64,000 nucleotides of DNA from an uncultured Saprospiraceae bacterium (GTDB taxonomy: Bacteria; Bacteroidota; Bacteroidia; Chitinophagales; Saprospiraceae), in assembly GCA_937921825.1 (NCBI GenBank), contig CAKZVK010000019.1:966-64965 (forward strand). The letters are read 5' to 3'. A program made the translations under genes and the position numbers. The notes beneath the pieces were generated by a model, which did not search any database, was not told the DNA's origin, and saw nothing but the letters and a program-made list of their open reading frames with translations. Shown here piece after piece: positions 28,302-38,636 of the stretch. Each line of letters starts with the position of its first letter. Position 1 is the first letter of the stretch.

Positions 28302-30959
28302 GTGAAAAGTAGAGTTGTCCTCATATTCATTATCATCATCTTCGGCTCTTTGAGTCCTGCACAGCTATCGGCACAGTGCGAGCAGAGGATAACTATAGAA
28401 TTTACCAGTATCAATTTTTTGGCAGGTTGTGATTTTGGAGATAGTGGAGGGTTAGACCCCGTTCTAGAAGTTTATGATCCTATATCTGGCAATCGACTTT
28501 ATATCTCCCATTATGGTGACCTCTCCCAAGTTACTGGCCCTATGAATGAGGTGCCAATAGATTTTAGCCAGAGTTGGAATCCGTGTGGTAATAACTCGAA
28601 AGAGTTTCTCCTAGGCACCTATCCGATAGAAACTACAGATGTCACAGTGGATGCTGAAGTCTATGAAAAGGATAGTAATTTTTTCAATAGCGAATGTGGT
28701 GGCTACAATGTTCTCTTTGATACCAATCATGAAGAAGGCTCCTACAGCTTTGACCTGACCCAGTCTATGGGCACTCTAGAAATAGGTGGACTTATGTCTT
28801 ACAATTACATTCTCACAAAAGAAGTCAGCGGCACTTTTGAACTGAGCATTAATGAAACTATCTGTGCCAAAGATACTTTTGAAATAGCAGGCACTCAGTT
28901 CTACTCTGGTAAGGCCAGTGAAGATATATTCATAAAAGGTGCTACTAATACTTGCGATACTCTCTTTCGTGTAAACATTGATTTCTATAGCACTCCTTCT
29001 CTCTCTATAGTGGGCCCTGATATTATCTGCCTTGGTGAGTCTATCACTTTGAAGGCTAGTACAGGTTTTGAAAATTACACCTGGAATGAAGGCACTAATG
29101 CAGATTCACTAAAGGTCACACAAGGTGGCACCTATGTAGTCCATGCGATTAGCAGAGATGGCTGTATTGTCAGTGACAGTGTTATGGTGGAACTTTCTAG
29201 TCTTCAACCTGCAGAAATTACGGGAGCACAATTCTTTTGCTCTGGCAGCTCTTCAGATTTAGAAGTAAACATCCTCTCTACAGAGACGGTACAGTGGAGT
29301 AATGGCAATACTACTAATACCTTGACTGCCGCAAGTCCAGGTGATTACTCAGTAACTCTCACGGATATCTATGGTTGCACTAGTTCAGACACTATTCTAG
29401 TCGATGAATTTCAAAATCCTACACCGACCTTAAGCGGTCTTACAGAAATCTGTGAAGGAGAGAAAGCCGTTCTTACTCTGCAAGACAACTACATCGCCTA
29501 TCTCTGGGATGATAATTCTAATGCCGACACCTTAGCGATTACTGCTACGCAGCTGTATTCAGTTACTGTCACAGATGACCATGGATGTACGGGGGCGACA
29601 GACCTACAAGTGGATGTCATCCTGACGGAAAACCCAAATGTATTAGGGCCTCAAGAGTTATGTTCTGGAGAGATTGGAGTATATACTATCGAACAAAATT
29701 TTAGTTCCTACTCATGGAGTAATGGTAGCACTAGCGAAAGTATCACCTTAGAGGATGCAGGACTCTATAGTGTCATGGTGACAAATGCTCAAGGCTGCAC
29801 TTCTGAATCCAGTTTTGAACTTATAATCAAAGACGCAGTCCTTCCAGCCATCGAAGGCAGCCTAGAGATCTGCGAAGGAGAATCTACAGTTCTGAGCCTG
29901 AGTGACGTTTATGAAACCTACCTATGGGAAGACAATAGTCAGTCCCCGACTATTGATGCTACAGAAGCTGGAACTTATGCAGTCACAGTGACTGATGATT
30001 CTGGTTGCACAGGTACAAGTGCAGTAAGGGTTAGTGTCATAACTCAAGGGTTGACGATGATTGATTCTTTTACTTGCAACCCCTCTCTAGTAGGTGTCGT
30101 AGAGGAGTACATCACTTCAGCTGGCCTTTGTACAGATACTCTCCGTTACAATATCCAATTAGCTGAAGTAAGCAACTGTGATATAGATTATCTTTTCAAT
30201 ATTAAAAACGAAAGCTGCGAAGATGCCAATAATGGCAGATACGGCATACACCTCGTAAAAGGAGATATCCCTGTAGAAGTTCATTTATTGAATAGCGCAG
30301 GTCTTATCCTACAGACTGACCTCATAGAAGAACTAGATGCATTTACAAATTATGACTTCCTAGCCGCTGACAATTATACTCTAGCCATCACTACCGCAAG
30401 TGGACATCAGCAAGAAATAGCGTTCACAATAGTAACTGAGCCCTTCGAGTTAATGGTGACGGAGGAATACAATATAAACCTAGGAGACTCTATTACTTTA
30501 CAAGCAGAAGTAGATCCTACTCTTCTATTAAGTTATAATTGGCTGCAGAATGGAAATACATTGTGCAGTACGAACTGTACAGCAGTCGTCGTATCACCGA
30601 CAGAGAGCACGACCTACACTTTTGACTTGACTACCATAGAGGGAGACTGTACTCTTCAGGCCAGCACCTTGGTTAGAGTCAAAACTTCTGACAACATATA
30701 CTTCCCTACAATCTTCAACCCAAGCGAACTTAATGACAACTCAGAGTTCAAGGCCTATGGACCAGGAGCTACCTACCTGACCGAATTAAACATCTACGAT
30801 CGCTGGGGCTCTCTAGTCCATAGCACTGAGGACAATTCAGGATGGAGTGGAAGATATAATGGCTCAGACTTAGCAGCAGGTGTCTACGTGTATGTTGCTT
30901 CATTTGATAACAATGAAGAGCAATGGGTCAGACAAGGTCATATTACACTTATAAAATAG
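28302..30959 (+). CDS. Ig-like-repeat surface protein with T9SS type B (gliding motility-associated) C-terminal domain
   Basis: GTG start and a signal peptide. About six Cys-framed repeats of roughly 75 aa (C.G......L......Y..Y.W.....GC). C-terminus IYFPTIFNP...YDRWGSLVH...GWSGRYNG...GVYVYV is the type B sorting domain. Confidence 0.85.
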   Translation: MKSRVVLIFIIIIFGSLSPAQLSAQCEQRITIEFTSINFLAGCDFGDSGGLDPVLEVYDPISGNRLYISHYGDLSQVTGPMNEVPIDFSQSWNPCGNNSKEFLLGTYPIETTDVTVDAEVYEKDSNFFNSECGGYNVLFDTNHEEGSYSFDLTQSMGTLEIGGLMSYNYILTKEVSGTFELSINETICAKDTFEIAGTQFYSGKASEDIFIKGATNTCDTLFRVNIDFYSTPSLSIVGPDIICLGESITLKASTGFENYTWNEGTNADSLKVTQGGTYVVHAISRDGCIVSDSVMVELSSLQPAEITGAQFFCSGSSSDLEVNILSTETVQWSNGNTTNTLTAASPGDYSVTLTDIYGCTSSDTILVDEFQNPTPTLSGLTEICEGEKAVLTLQDNYIAYLWDDNSNADTLAITATQLYSVTVTDDHGCTGATDLQVDVILTENPNVLGPQELCSGEIGVYTIEQNFSSYSWSNGSTSESITLEDAGLYSVMVTNAQGCTSESSFELIIKDAVLPAIEGSLEICEGESTVLSLSDVYETYLWEDNSQSPTIDATEAGTYAVTVTDDSGCTGTSAVRVSVITQGLTMIDSFTCNPSLVGVVEEYITSAGLCTDTLRYNIQLAEVSNCDIDYLFNIKNESCEDANNGRYGIHLVKGDIPVEVHLLNSAGLILQTDLIEELDAFTNYDFLAADNYTLAITTASGHQQEIAFTIVTEPFELMVTEEYNINLGDSITLQAEVDPTLLLSYNWLQNGNTLCSTNCTAVVVSPTESTTYTFDLTTIEGDCTLQASTLVRVKTSDNIYFPTIFNPSELNDNSEFKAYGPGATYLTELNIYDRWGSLVHSTEDNSGWSGRYNGSDLAAGVYVYVASFDNNEEQWVRQGHITLIK

Positions 30960-31096
30960 GGCATTTGCTCATCTTATAAGTTTCAATTCATTCTTCTACA
31001 ATTACAATTCAATCTAGATTTTTAGCCCTTTGGCAGATTAGGCTTTAGCAAGCAGCTTACAATCACAATATTTGTGAAGGAAAAACCAATAAAACC

Positions 31097-31128
31097 ATGG
31101 AAACTTTGAACAAACAAATAGTTTCCAT
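31097..31128. promoter_or_regulatory. Candidate TetR operator (9-bp inverted repeat ATGGAAACT-N14-AGTTTCCAT)
   Basis: Perfect 9-bp arms at 31097-31105 and 31120-31128, immediately upstream of the tetR-efflux operon. Confidence 0.4.
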
Positions 31129-31141
31129 CGTTTACTATTCC

Positions 31142-31149
31142 TAATTTTG
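31142..31149 (+). promoter_or_regulatory. Candidate -7 promoter box (TAATTTTG) 5 nt upstream of the tetR ATG
   Basis: Matches TAnnTTTG. Its position implies a leaderless or near-leaderless transcript. Confidence 0.3.
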
Positions 31150-31154
31150 CACCT

Positions 31155-31772
31155 ATGAGTACAATAGCTAAGCAGCAATTACTTACCCAAGCCAGACAGC
31201 TCTACCTCAGCTATGGAGTGAAAAGCGTCAGCATGGACGACATTGCTAGATTGATGGGTATCTCAAAAAAGACCATCTACAACTTTATCAGCAATAAGAA
31301 GGACTTAGTCCATGCCGTTGTAAAATCCTATATAGATGAAGAGGAGGCCCGATGTGACTCTATCACTGAAAATTCAAAAAATGCGATAGACGAAATTATT
31401 TCTGTGGCAAGGCATGTTCAGAATACCTTGAAAGAAATGAAGCCTACCCTCACTTATGATCTTCAGAAATACTATCCTAAAACTTGGATGCTGATACAAG
31501 GGGAGCACTTCGATTTCATTGAAAAATTTATCACCCGTAATCTCAAGAGAGGCATTAAAGAAGGACTCTTCAGAGACAATCTAAATCTGGACATTATACC
31601 CATTATGTACATGACACTAGCTAGATTGGTTTCTCATCATGAAGTCCAATCTGTGAAGAAGATAAAACAATCAGATCTACACGAAACAATGATTCTCTAT
31701 CACCTACATGGGATACTGAATGCTAACGGTAGAAAAGAACTTAAAAAATACTTAAAGAACGAGACTATATGA
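31155..31772 (+). CDS. TetR/AcrR-family transcriptional regulator
   Basis: N-terminal HTH (GVKSVSMDDIARLMGISKKTIYNFISNK). 205 aa. Confidence 0.88.
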   Translation: MSTIAKQQLLTQARQLYLSYGVKSVSMDDIARLMGISKKTIYNFISNKKDLVHAVVKSYIDEEEARCDSITENSKNAIDEIISVARHVQNTLKEMKPTLTYDLQKYYPKTWMLIQGEHFDFIEKFITRNLKRGIKEGLFRDNLNLDIIPIMYMTLARLVSHHEVQSVKKIKQSDLHETMILYHLHGILNANGRKELKKYLKNETI

Positions 31773-33148
31773 AGCCCTTAATTTCAACACTTATATTTTT
31801 CACCTGTCTTGTCGCCGCTACTGCCCAGCAGAGCTTTAGCTTGGATGAGGCCATTGCCTATGGCTTGCAAAATAGCGCCGAGATAAAACTCAATGGTCTA
31901 GAAGTAGAGGATGCAGAAGCTAGGATCACAGAGATCAAAGCAACAGGCCTACCACAGGTCAATGCAGGCATAGATTATAACTACTATTTTATTACCCCAC
32001 AGCAGCCGGTAGAGGACTTTATTAGTCCTGCGGTCTATGGTGTCCTAGTGCAAGAATTTCCAGGGCAAGTAACACCTCCTACTGGTGACCCAGAAATATT
32101 TGAGTTCTCTTTCTTTACTAATCATAACCTTACCGCCAAAGTAGATGCGAGCATGCTGCTCTTTGATGGTTCCTATCTGACAGGACTGAAAGCCGCTAGA
32201 CTATATAGAGAACTAGCCAGAAAAAGAAAAGGGGTCAAAGAGGAAAACATCAAAGCCAATATTACTAAAGCCTACATGAATATCTTAATAGCGGACCAAA
32301 ACAAAAAGACGCTAGAGAATAACTTAGTCTCTATAAACAAATCTCTGACTGAGGCAGAGGCTTACTACGAAAATGGCTTTATTGAAAAACTAGAGGTAAC
32401 AAGAATCCAACTGTCCAAAGAATCTGTAGAAACAGAAATCGAGAAACTGTATCAATTAATAGACCTCAGTCATGATCTACTTAAATTTCAAATGTCATAT
32501 CCTCTGGGAGATAAAATTGCACTTACTGAAAATCTAGATGAGTTAGTTGCCTTGTTCAGCACAGATGAGAACTACCTCGATGCAGAAGTGGACTTCAGTA
32601 ATAAAGCACAATATGCTGAAATAGAAATGGGTCAAGAACTCAATGCCCTAAATGTAGAAAGACTGAAAAAAGGCTATCTCCCTAGCTTGCGCGCACGTGC
32701 AGGCGTCAGCGAAGCCTTACAGAGAAATAATCTCTTCGATAGTGAGCAAGCTGGCTGGCTCCCTACTTTATATGCTGGTCTAGCACTGAACATTCCTATT
32801 ACAGATGGTAAAAGAAAAAAAGGACTCATACAGCAGGCAGAAATAGAAATGGAGAAAACCGAAATCCAAAAACAAGAATATGAAAGAGGTATCAGAATGC
32901 AAGTGCAGACTAATAGACTCCAACATATCAATGCCAAGAAGACACTAGAGAACACTAAAAGAATCTTAGAAGTCAATGAAGAGATATATGAGACGGCACA
33001 AATAAAATTCAGAGAGGGAGTAGGCTCAAGTCTAGAAGTAACACAGGCAGAAAATTCACTCTTTGATGCGCAAGCTCAATATATCAATGCTCTATATCAA
33101 TTACTCATTACAAAAACCGACCTAGACATCGCTCTAGGAGAACTATAA
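31769..33148 (+). CDS. TolC-family outer-membrane efflux protein
   Basis: 459 aa, signal peptide, and duplicated coiled-coil/beta repeats typical of TolC. Overlaps the tetR stop by 4 nt. Confidence 0.85.
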   Translation: MKPLISTLIFFTCLVAATAQQSFSLDEAIAYGLQNSAEIKLNGLEVEDAEARITEIKATGLPQVNAGIDYNYYFITPQQPVEDFISPAVYGVLVQEFPGQVTPPTGDPEIFEFSFFTNHNLTAKVDASMLLFDGSYLTGLKAARLYRELARKRKGVKEENIKANITKAYMNILIADQNKKTLENNLVSINKSLTEAEAYYENGFIEKLEVTRIQLSKESVETEIEKLYQLIDLSHDLLKFQMSYPLGDKIALTENLDELVALFSTDENYLDAEVDFSNKAQYAEIEMGQELNALNVERLKKGYLPSLRARAGVSEALQRNNLFDSEQAGWLPTLYAGLALNIPITDGKRKKGLIQQAEIEMEKTEIQKQEYERGIRMQVQTNRLQHINAKKTLENTKRILEVNEEIYETAQIKFREGVGSSLEVTQAENSLFDAQAQYINALYQLLITKTDLDIALGEL

Positions 33149-33153
33149 TAATT

Positions 33154-34335
33154 ATGAAAACCATTCAGATGAAATACTTTATACTAGGCCTCTTCATTTG
33201 CTCAGTGTATGCCTGCGGGAATAACAACCCTGATACAATTCCTGAAGACCTTGACGGCAAGAAGAAATATCTCGCAGCAAAGAAAAAGGAACTAAAAGAG
33301 CTCCAAGCCCAAATAGATGAAGTCAATAGAGATATTCTAAAGTTAGATCCACCAAAGGAGAAAGCACCACTCAAAGTCGAGACCCTCCTACTCCAACCTA
33401 AAGAGTTCAAAAGATTCATAGATGTCCAAGGACAAGTCGTCGCCGCTGATATAGTGAATGCCTCCTCGGAGATAGGAGGAAGAATACTCTCTCTGAAGGT
33501 AAAGGAAGGGGATAGAGTCCGCAAAGGCAGTCTTATCGCAGTGACAGACATGAGTACAATGGAAACTCAGATAGCAGAAATAAATACTGCCTTGGATCTA
33601 GCCACTACAGTATTCGAAAGACAAGAGAGACTGTGGAAACAAAACATCGGGTCCGAACTACAATTTCTAGAAGCCAAAACGAATAAGGAAAGATTAGAAA
33701 AATCACTTTCTACGCTGAATAGTCAGATAGCAAAGAAAAATGTCTATGCCCCTATCAGCGGTGTCGTAGATATGGAATTTCTGAGCCAAGGAGAGACCGC
33801 AGGTCCCGGCATGCCAATAGTACGAATTCTAAATACTTCAAAGCTGAAGATAGTCGCTGACTTACAGGAAAACATGCTAGGCTCTATAAAACAAGGGCAA
33901 GTAGTAGAGGTCTATATTCCCTCTCTAGACAAAACCATAAACAGCAAAATCTCTATGCTCGGCAGAACGATAGATCCATCGAATAGAACTTTCAAAATTG
34001 AAATAAAGACCTCTAGCATGAATGGTCAACTAAAGCCAAACCTGATGGCGCAAGTTAAATTTAATGACCTGACCCAGAAGGATGCAATAATGATTCCTAT
34101 AGATGCCATCCAAGAAGATGTAAGAGGTAACAAATTCGTATTCGTGACTAAGGAGGACAATGGAAAAACAAGGGCAGAAAAAAGACTGATTGAGATCGGT
34201 GAGAGTAATGGAAATGAAGCCATCGTCATTATAGGTCTAGATGCTAATGACCAGCTCATTACTGCAGGTGGTATGAACCTTTCTGAAAATGATTTAATAA
34301 CACCAGTAGAGACAGACCGAAAAGATGGAGAATAA
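33154..34335 (+). CDS. Efflux RND periplasmic adaptor (membrane fusion protein)
   Basis: Lipoprotein signal (VYAC), coiled coil, and lipoyl/beta-barrel motifs (VKEGDRVRKGSLI, APISGVV). Confidence 0.85.
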   Translation: MKTIQMKYFILGLFICSVYACGNNNPDTIPEDLDGKKKYLAAKKKELKELQAQIDEVNRDILKLDPPKEKAPLKVETLLLQPKEFKRFIDVQGQVVAADIVNASSEIGGRILSLKVKEGDRVRKGSLIAVTDMSTMETQIAEINTALDLATTVFERQERLWKQNIGSELQFLEAKTNKERLEKSLSTLNSQIAKKNVYAPISGVVDMEFLSQGETAGPGMPIVRILNTSKLKIVADLQENMLGSIKQGQVVEVYIPSLDKTINSKISMLGRTIDPSNRTFKIEIKTSSMNGQLKPNLMAQVKFNDLTQKDAIMIPIDAIQEDVRGNKFVFVTKEDNGKTRAEKRLIEIGESNGNEAIVIIGLDANDQLITAGGMNLSENDLITPVETDRKDGE

Positions 34336-37300
34336 GCTCACTCAAAAACTAAAGGAATTCAAACTCTCGTCGGTCGCTATAGATAATGCGACTAGTGTAT
34401 TCCTACTGACTTTTATGATTCTGCTATTCGGTGTGCAGAGTTATAGGGATATGCCTAAGGAGCAATATCCTGATGCGGCTCTACCTACCATTACCATACA
34501 GACGCCACACTTTGGCAACTCCGCAGAAGAAATAGAAAACCTCATCTCTAGACCTATAGAGAAGGAGGTAAACTCTATAGTCGGATTAAAAAAACTAGTG
34601 TCTAATTCCATCCAGGACTTCTCGGTAATCACTGCAGAATTTCAATCTGACATCCCTTCAGAGAAAGCTCTACTCAAAGTAAAGGAGGCAGTAGATAGAG
34701 CAGACTTACCGACCGATCTAGATCAAGACCCTCAGATAGATGACTTGGATTTTTCTCAGATCCCCATTATGTCCATTAATATCTCCGGAGATTACAATAT
34801 GGACATCCTCAGAAGCAATGCCGAATATATACAGGACAAAATAGAAGATATACCAGAAGTCTCTGAAGCAAGAATGAGCGGTGATCAGGAAAGAGAGGTG
34901 AAAATAAAAATGGACTTACTGAAAATGCAAGCCCTAAAAGTAAACTACACTGATGTAGAAACGGCTATAGCCCGAGAGAACGTCACCATGTCAGGTGGGG
35001 AGTTAGTAACTAATGGCAGCAGACGAGCTATCAGGGTAGTTGGAAAATTCGAGTCTATCGATGAACTCCGTAACCTCATTATCACAGCTGAAAAACAAAG
35101 GCCCATCTACCTAAAGGACATAGGTGAGGTCGTGTATGGTTTTGAAGAAAGAACTTCCTATTCTAGATCTGATGGCAAGCCAGTTATCTCATTAGAGGTC
35201 ATCAAACGTTCTGGCGAAAATCTACTTTCTACAGCGGAGAAAATAAAAGCCGTACTAGCGGAAGAAGAAAAAGCAATGCCTTCAGGTATCACTATTAAAT
35301 TATTTAATGATATCTCAATCTATACCAAGAATGAAGTAAGCAATCTTGAGAACAGTATCATCTCAGGTGTGATCTTAGTGATTATGGTATTACTCTTTTT
35401 CTTAGGATTGAGAAATGCCCTCTTTGTGGGTATTGCAATACCGCTCTCAATGTTGACCGGTATTATGATCCTTTATCTCTCAGGAGTGACCATGAATATC
35501 GTCGTACTCTTCGGACTCATATTGGCCTTGGGCTTACTCGTGGATAATGGTATTGTTGTCGTAGAAAACATCTACAGATATAGGCAGAATGGATACTCTG
35601 GTATGGATTCCTCTAAGTACGGAACTGGAGAAGTCGCATGGCCTATCATCGCTTCTACTGCGACGACTTTAGCGGCCTTTCTTCCTTTGATGTTTTGGCC
35701 AGGGATGATGGGAGTATTTATGGAATATCTGCCTAAGACTTTAATTATCGTACTCAGCTCTTCACTCTTTGTGGCACTTGTCATCAATCCTGTACTGACC
35801 AGTAGATTCATGAAAGTAGACACTAAGTCGGAGGATGCACAACAGAAAAAAAAGAAATCGAGAAACGTCGTCGTAGGAGCTATCCTGATGCTCATCGTAG
35901 CCGCAGTGGCTCATCTAGGAGGTGTAGAATGGCTAAGAAATATTTTTGTCATTGTCGCCCTACTCTCTTTATTGAATCACTTTATCTTGAGACCTGCGTC
36001 TTTTGGTTTTCAAAATCGTGTCTTGCCTGTCTTGGAAAGAGCTTACAATAAATTGATTCGATTTGTTCTAAAAGGTAAGAATCCAATAGTTGCTTTCTTC
36101 TGCACCTTCCTCTTAATGTTTGGGGCTATAGCACTTCTCGTGATCAGTAAGCCTACAGTAGAGTTTTTTCCTGAGGCCGATCCACTTTATGTCAATGTCT
36201 TTGTGGAACTGCCCTTTGGGAGTGATATAGAACAGACTAACGAAGCGACCTTCGAACTAGAAGACAAAATCAATAAGGTCATAGAGCCTTATAAAGATAT
36301 CGTAGAATCAGTACTGACCTTGGTAGGAGAAAATACTTCTGATCCTAACCAGCCTCCAGTACCTGGTGTCACCCCATATAAAGCTAGAATTACGATTACG
36401 TTTCTAGAATTCAAATACAGAAATGGCATCTCTACTAAGAAGATACTCAATGAAATCAGAGACGAAATAAAAGGCTACCCAGGGGTAATCGTCTCAGTAG
36501 ATCAGAATGCCTCAGGTCCTCCTGCTGGTAAAGCTGTCAACTTAGAACTCAGAGGTGATGAGATAGATTCTCTGATCGTTCTATCTAGCCAAGTCATCAA
36601 GGATATCAACAATTCTAACATCGCAGGTATAGAAGAACTCAAAGCAGATGTAGAATTAGAAAAACCAGAATTGCTCGTAGACATAGATAGAGACGCGGCT
36701 AGGAGATATGGTATCAGTACAGGTCAGGTGGCCTCTACCTTGAGGACTTCGGTATTTGGAAAAGAAGTATCAAAATTCAAAGTAGGAGAAGATGAATATC
36801 CTATTGTCATCAGACTGAATGAAAATTCTAGAAATGACATTAATGGACTTATCAATCAGAGGGTCACATTTAGGGATCAGACAGATGGACGTATCAAGCA
36901 GGTCCCCATTTCTTCAGTTGCAAAATTCAGATACTCCTCTACCTATAATGCTATCAAAAGATCTGAAGCTCAGAGAGTCATCACTGTGGCCTCTAATGTC
37001 TTAGATGGTTACAATGCTAACCAGATAAATGCGGACCTTGAAGAGTACATGTCCACCTATCCCTTACCAGATGGAATCAGTTATGCATTTACCGGAGAGC
37101 AGCAACAGCAAGCAGAAGATTCAGCATTCTTAAGTCTTGCTTTCTTGATCGCACTTTTTATCATTTTCATAATTATCGTCACACAGTTTAACTCTATAAT
37201 TTCTCCATTCATAATCATCCTATCAGTACTCTTTAGTACCATCGGTGTTTTCTTGGGTTATGCTATTTCAGGCATGACTATCAATATCATTTTTACTGGT

Positions 37301-37771
37301 GTAGGGATTATTGCCTTAGCAGGAATCGTCGTGAATAACGCGATTGTATTAATAGACTACATCAACTTAGTGATCAAGCGAAAGAGAGAAAGTCTAGGTT
37401 TAGAATCTATGAATGACATGAGCATCGATCATGTAAGAGAATCCATCATAGAAGGAGGAGCCACAAGATTACGTCCTGTACTATTGACTGCAATAACGAC
37501 AGTCCTTGGCCTGATTCCTCTGGCTATTGGTTTCAATTTCAATTTCTTCTCTTTTGTGGAGCGATTGGATCCTCAGTTTTTCTTAGGTGGTGACAACACC
37601 GCGATGTGGGGTCCTATGGCGTGGACTATAATTTATGGGATACTATTCGCAACCTTTTTGACCCTGATTGTTGTTCCTGTTATGTATTGGTTAGCGTACA
37701 GAGGAAAAACGAGCTTGGTTAATTCGATCAAGAGGAAACCAAAGGTTAATATTGCAGAACAAACTACTTAG
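34325..37771 (+). CDS. RND-family efflux permease (AcrB/HAE1-like)
   Basis: 1148 aa with 12-TM RND architecture (GLLVDNGIVVVENI, IVVNNAIVLIDY). Confidence 0.9.
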   Translation: MENKLTQKLKEFKLSSVAIDNATSVFLLTFMILLFGVQSYRDMPKEQYPDAALPTITIQTPHFGNSAEEIENLISRPIEKEVNSIVGLKKLVSNSIQDFSVITAEFQSDIPSEKALLKVKEAVDRADLPTDLDQDPQIDDLDFSQIPIMSINISGDYNMDILRSNAEYIQDKIEDIPEVSEARMSGDQEREVKIKMDLLKMQALKVNYTDVETAIARENVTMSGGELVTNGSRRAIRVVGKFESIDELRNLIITAEKQRPIYLKDIGEVVYGFEERTSYSRSDGKPVISLEVIKRSGENLLSTAEKIKAVLAEEEKAMPSGITIKLFNDISIYTKNEVSNLENSIISGVILVIMVLLFFLGLRNALFVGIAIPLSMLTGIMILYLSGVTMNIVVLFGLILALGLLVDNGIVVVENIYRYRQNGYSGMDSSKYGTGEVAWPIIASTATTLAAFLPLMFWPGMMGVFMEYLPKTLIIVLSSSLFVALVINPVLTSRFMKVDTKSEDAQQKKKKSRNVVVGAILMLIVAAVAHLGGVEWLRNIFVIVALLSLLNHFILRPASFGFQNRVLPVLERAYNKLIRFVLKGKNPIVAFFCTFLLMFGAIALLVISKPTVEFFPEADPLYVNVFVELPFGSDIEQTNEATFELEDKINKVIEPYKDIVESVLTLVGENTSDPNQPPVPGVTPYKARITITFLEFKYRNGISTKKILNEIRDEIKGYPGVIVSVDQNASGPPAGKAVNLELRGDEIDSLIVLSSQVIKDINNSNIAGIEELKADVELEKPELLVDIDRDAARRYGISTGQVASTLRTSVFGKEVSKFKVGEDEYPIVIRLNENSRNDINGLINQRVTFRDQTDGRIKQVPISSVAKFRYSSTYNAIKRSEAQRVITVASNVLDGYNANQINADLEEYMSTYPLPDGISYAFTGEQQQQAEDSAFLSLAFLIALFIIFIIIVTQFNSIISPFIIILSVLFSTIGVFLGYAISGMTINIIFTGVGIIALAGIVVNNAIVLIDYINLVIKRKRESLGLESMNDMSIDHVRESIIEGGATRLRPVLLTAITTVLGLIPLAIGFNFNFFSFVERLDPQFFLGGDNTAMWGPMAWTIIYGILFATFLTLIVVPVMYWLAYRGKTSLVNSIKRKPKVNIAEQTT

Positions 37772-37779
37772 ATACTTTT

Positions 37780-38421
37780 ATGTCAGATTTAGCAGATAGT
37801 AGAAAAAGTTACGAAAAAGGAGAGATGAACCGAAAGGACCTCTCTTCAGATCCTATCATTCAGTTTGAGAGATGGTATCAGGATGCAGAACGAGCAGGCA
37901 TAGAAGAGCCTAATGCAATGACCTTAGCTACGGCTAATAGAGATGGTCAGCCTTCTGCACGAATAGTCCTGCTTAAGGGATTCGGACCTAAGGGTTTTGC
38001 CTTCTATACCAACTACGCCAGTCGTAAAGGTCAGGAACTCATTACTAACCCACAGGCTGCTTTGGTATTCTGGTGGAAGGAACTAGAACGTCAAGTCAGG
38101 ATAGAAGGTGAAGTCGTCAAGACCTCAGAAGACTCCTCCATCAGTTATTTCCACTCACGTCCTAGAGGTAGTCAGATCAGTGCCTGGGCCTCGCCTCAGA
38201 GCCAAGAAATCAAGGAACACTATCTAGATGAAAAAAGAAAAGAAGTAGAAAGTCGCTTCGAAAGTGTAGACCCTATTCCTCTACCCCACTTCTGGGGAGG
38301 TTTTATCCTGAAACCTTTCAACATAGAATTTTGGCAAGGGAAAGCCAATAGATATCATGACAGATATCGCTTTACACTTTCTGATGATAAACATTGGGGA
38401 GTAGAAAGGTTGGCGCCTTAA
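37780..38421 (+). CDS. pdxH: Pyridoxamine 5'-phosphate oxidase
   Basis: 213 aa. Motifs EPNAMTLATA..GQPSARIVLLKG, RQVRIEG, IEFWQG...R.HDR. Confidence 0.92.
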   Translation: MSDLADSRKSYEKGEMNRKDLSSDPIIQFERWYQDAERAGIEEPNAMTLATANRDGQPSARIVLLKGFGPKGFAFYTNYASRKGQELITNPQAALVFWWKELERQVRIEGEVVKTSEDSSISYFHSRPRGSQISAWASPQSQEIKEHYLDEKRKEVESRFESVDPIPLPHFWGGFILKPFNIEFWQGKANRYHDRYRFTLSDDKHWGVERLAP

Positions 38422-38480
38422 GATAGAAGAACAACGAGTTGCAGAAAACAGCTCTCGACAATTATAAAAGAAATAGAAGA

Positions 38481-38516
38481 AGAGGAAAGCATATAATATT
38501 TGCTTTCCTCTTTTTT
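38481..38516 (+). terminator. Rho-independent terminator after pdxH
   Basis: 11-bp stem AGAGGAAAGCA/TGCTTTCCTCT with a 9-nt loop, followed by a T-run. Confidence 0.85.
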
Positions 38517-38636
38517 ATAGTTCACAGCTGGCCTGTTTTCAAAAAGTAATTATCTAAAACCATTTGCTTCCATTAGCATTCTATTAGCATCTATGCTAGA
38601 TAAATCTAGTACCTTTATAACAGATTCAGTACGACT

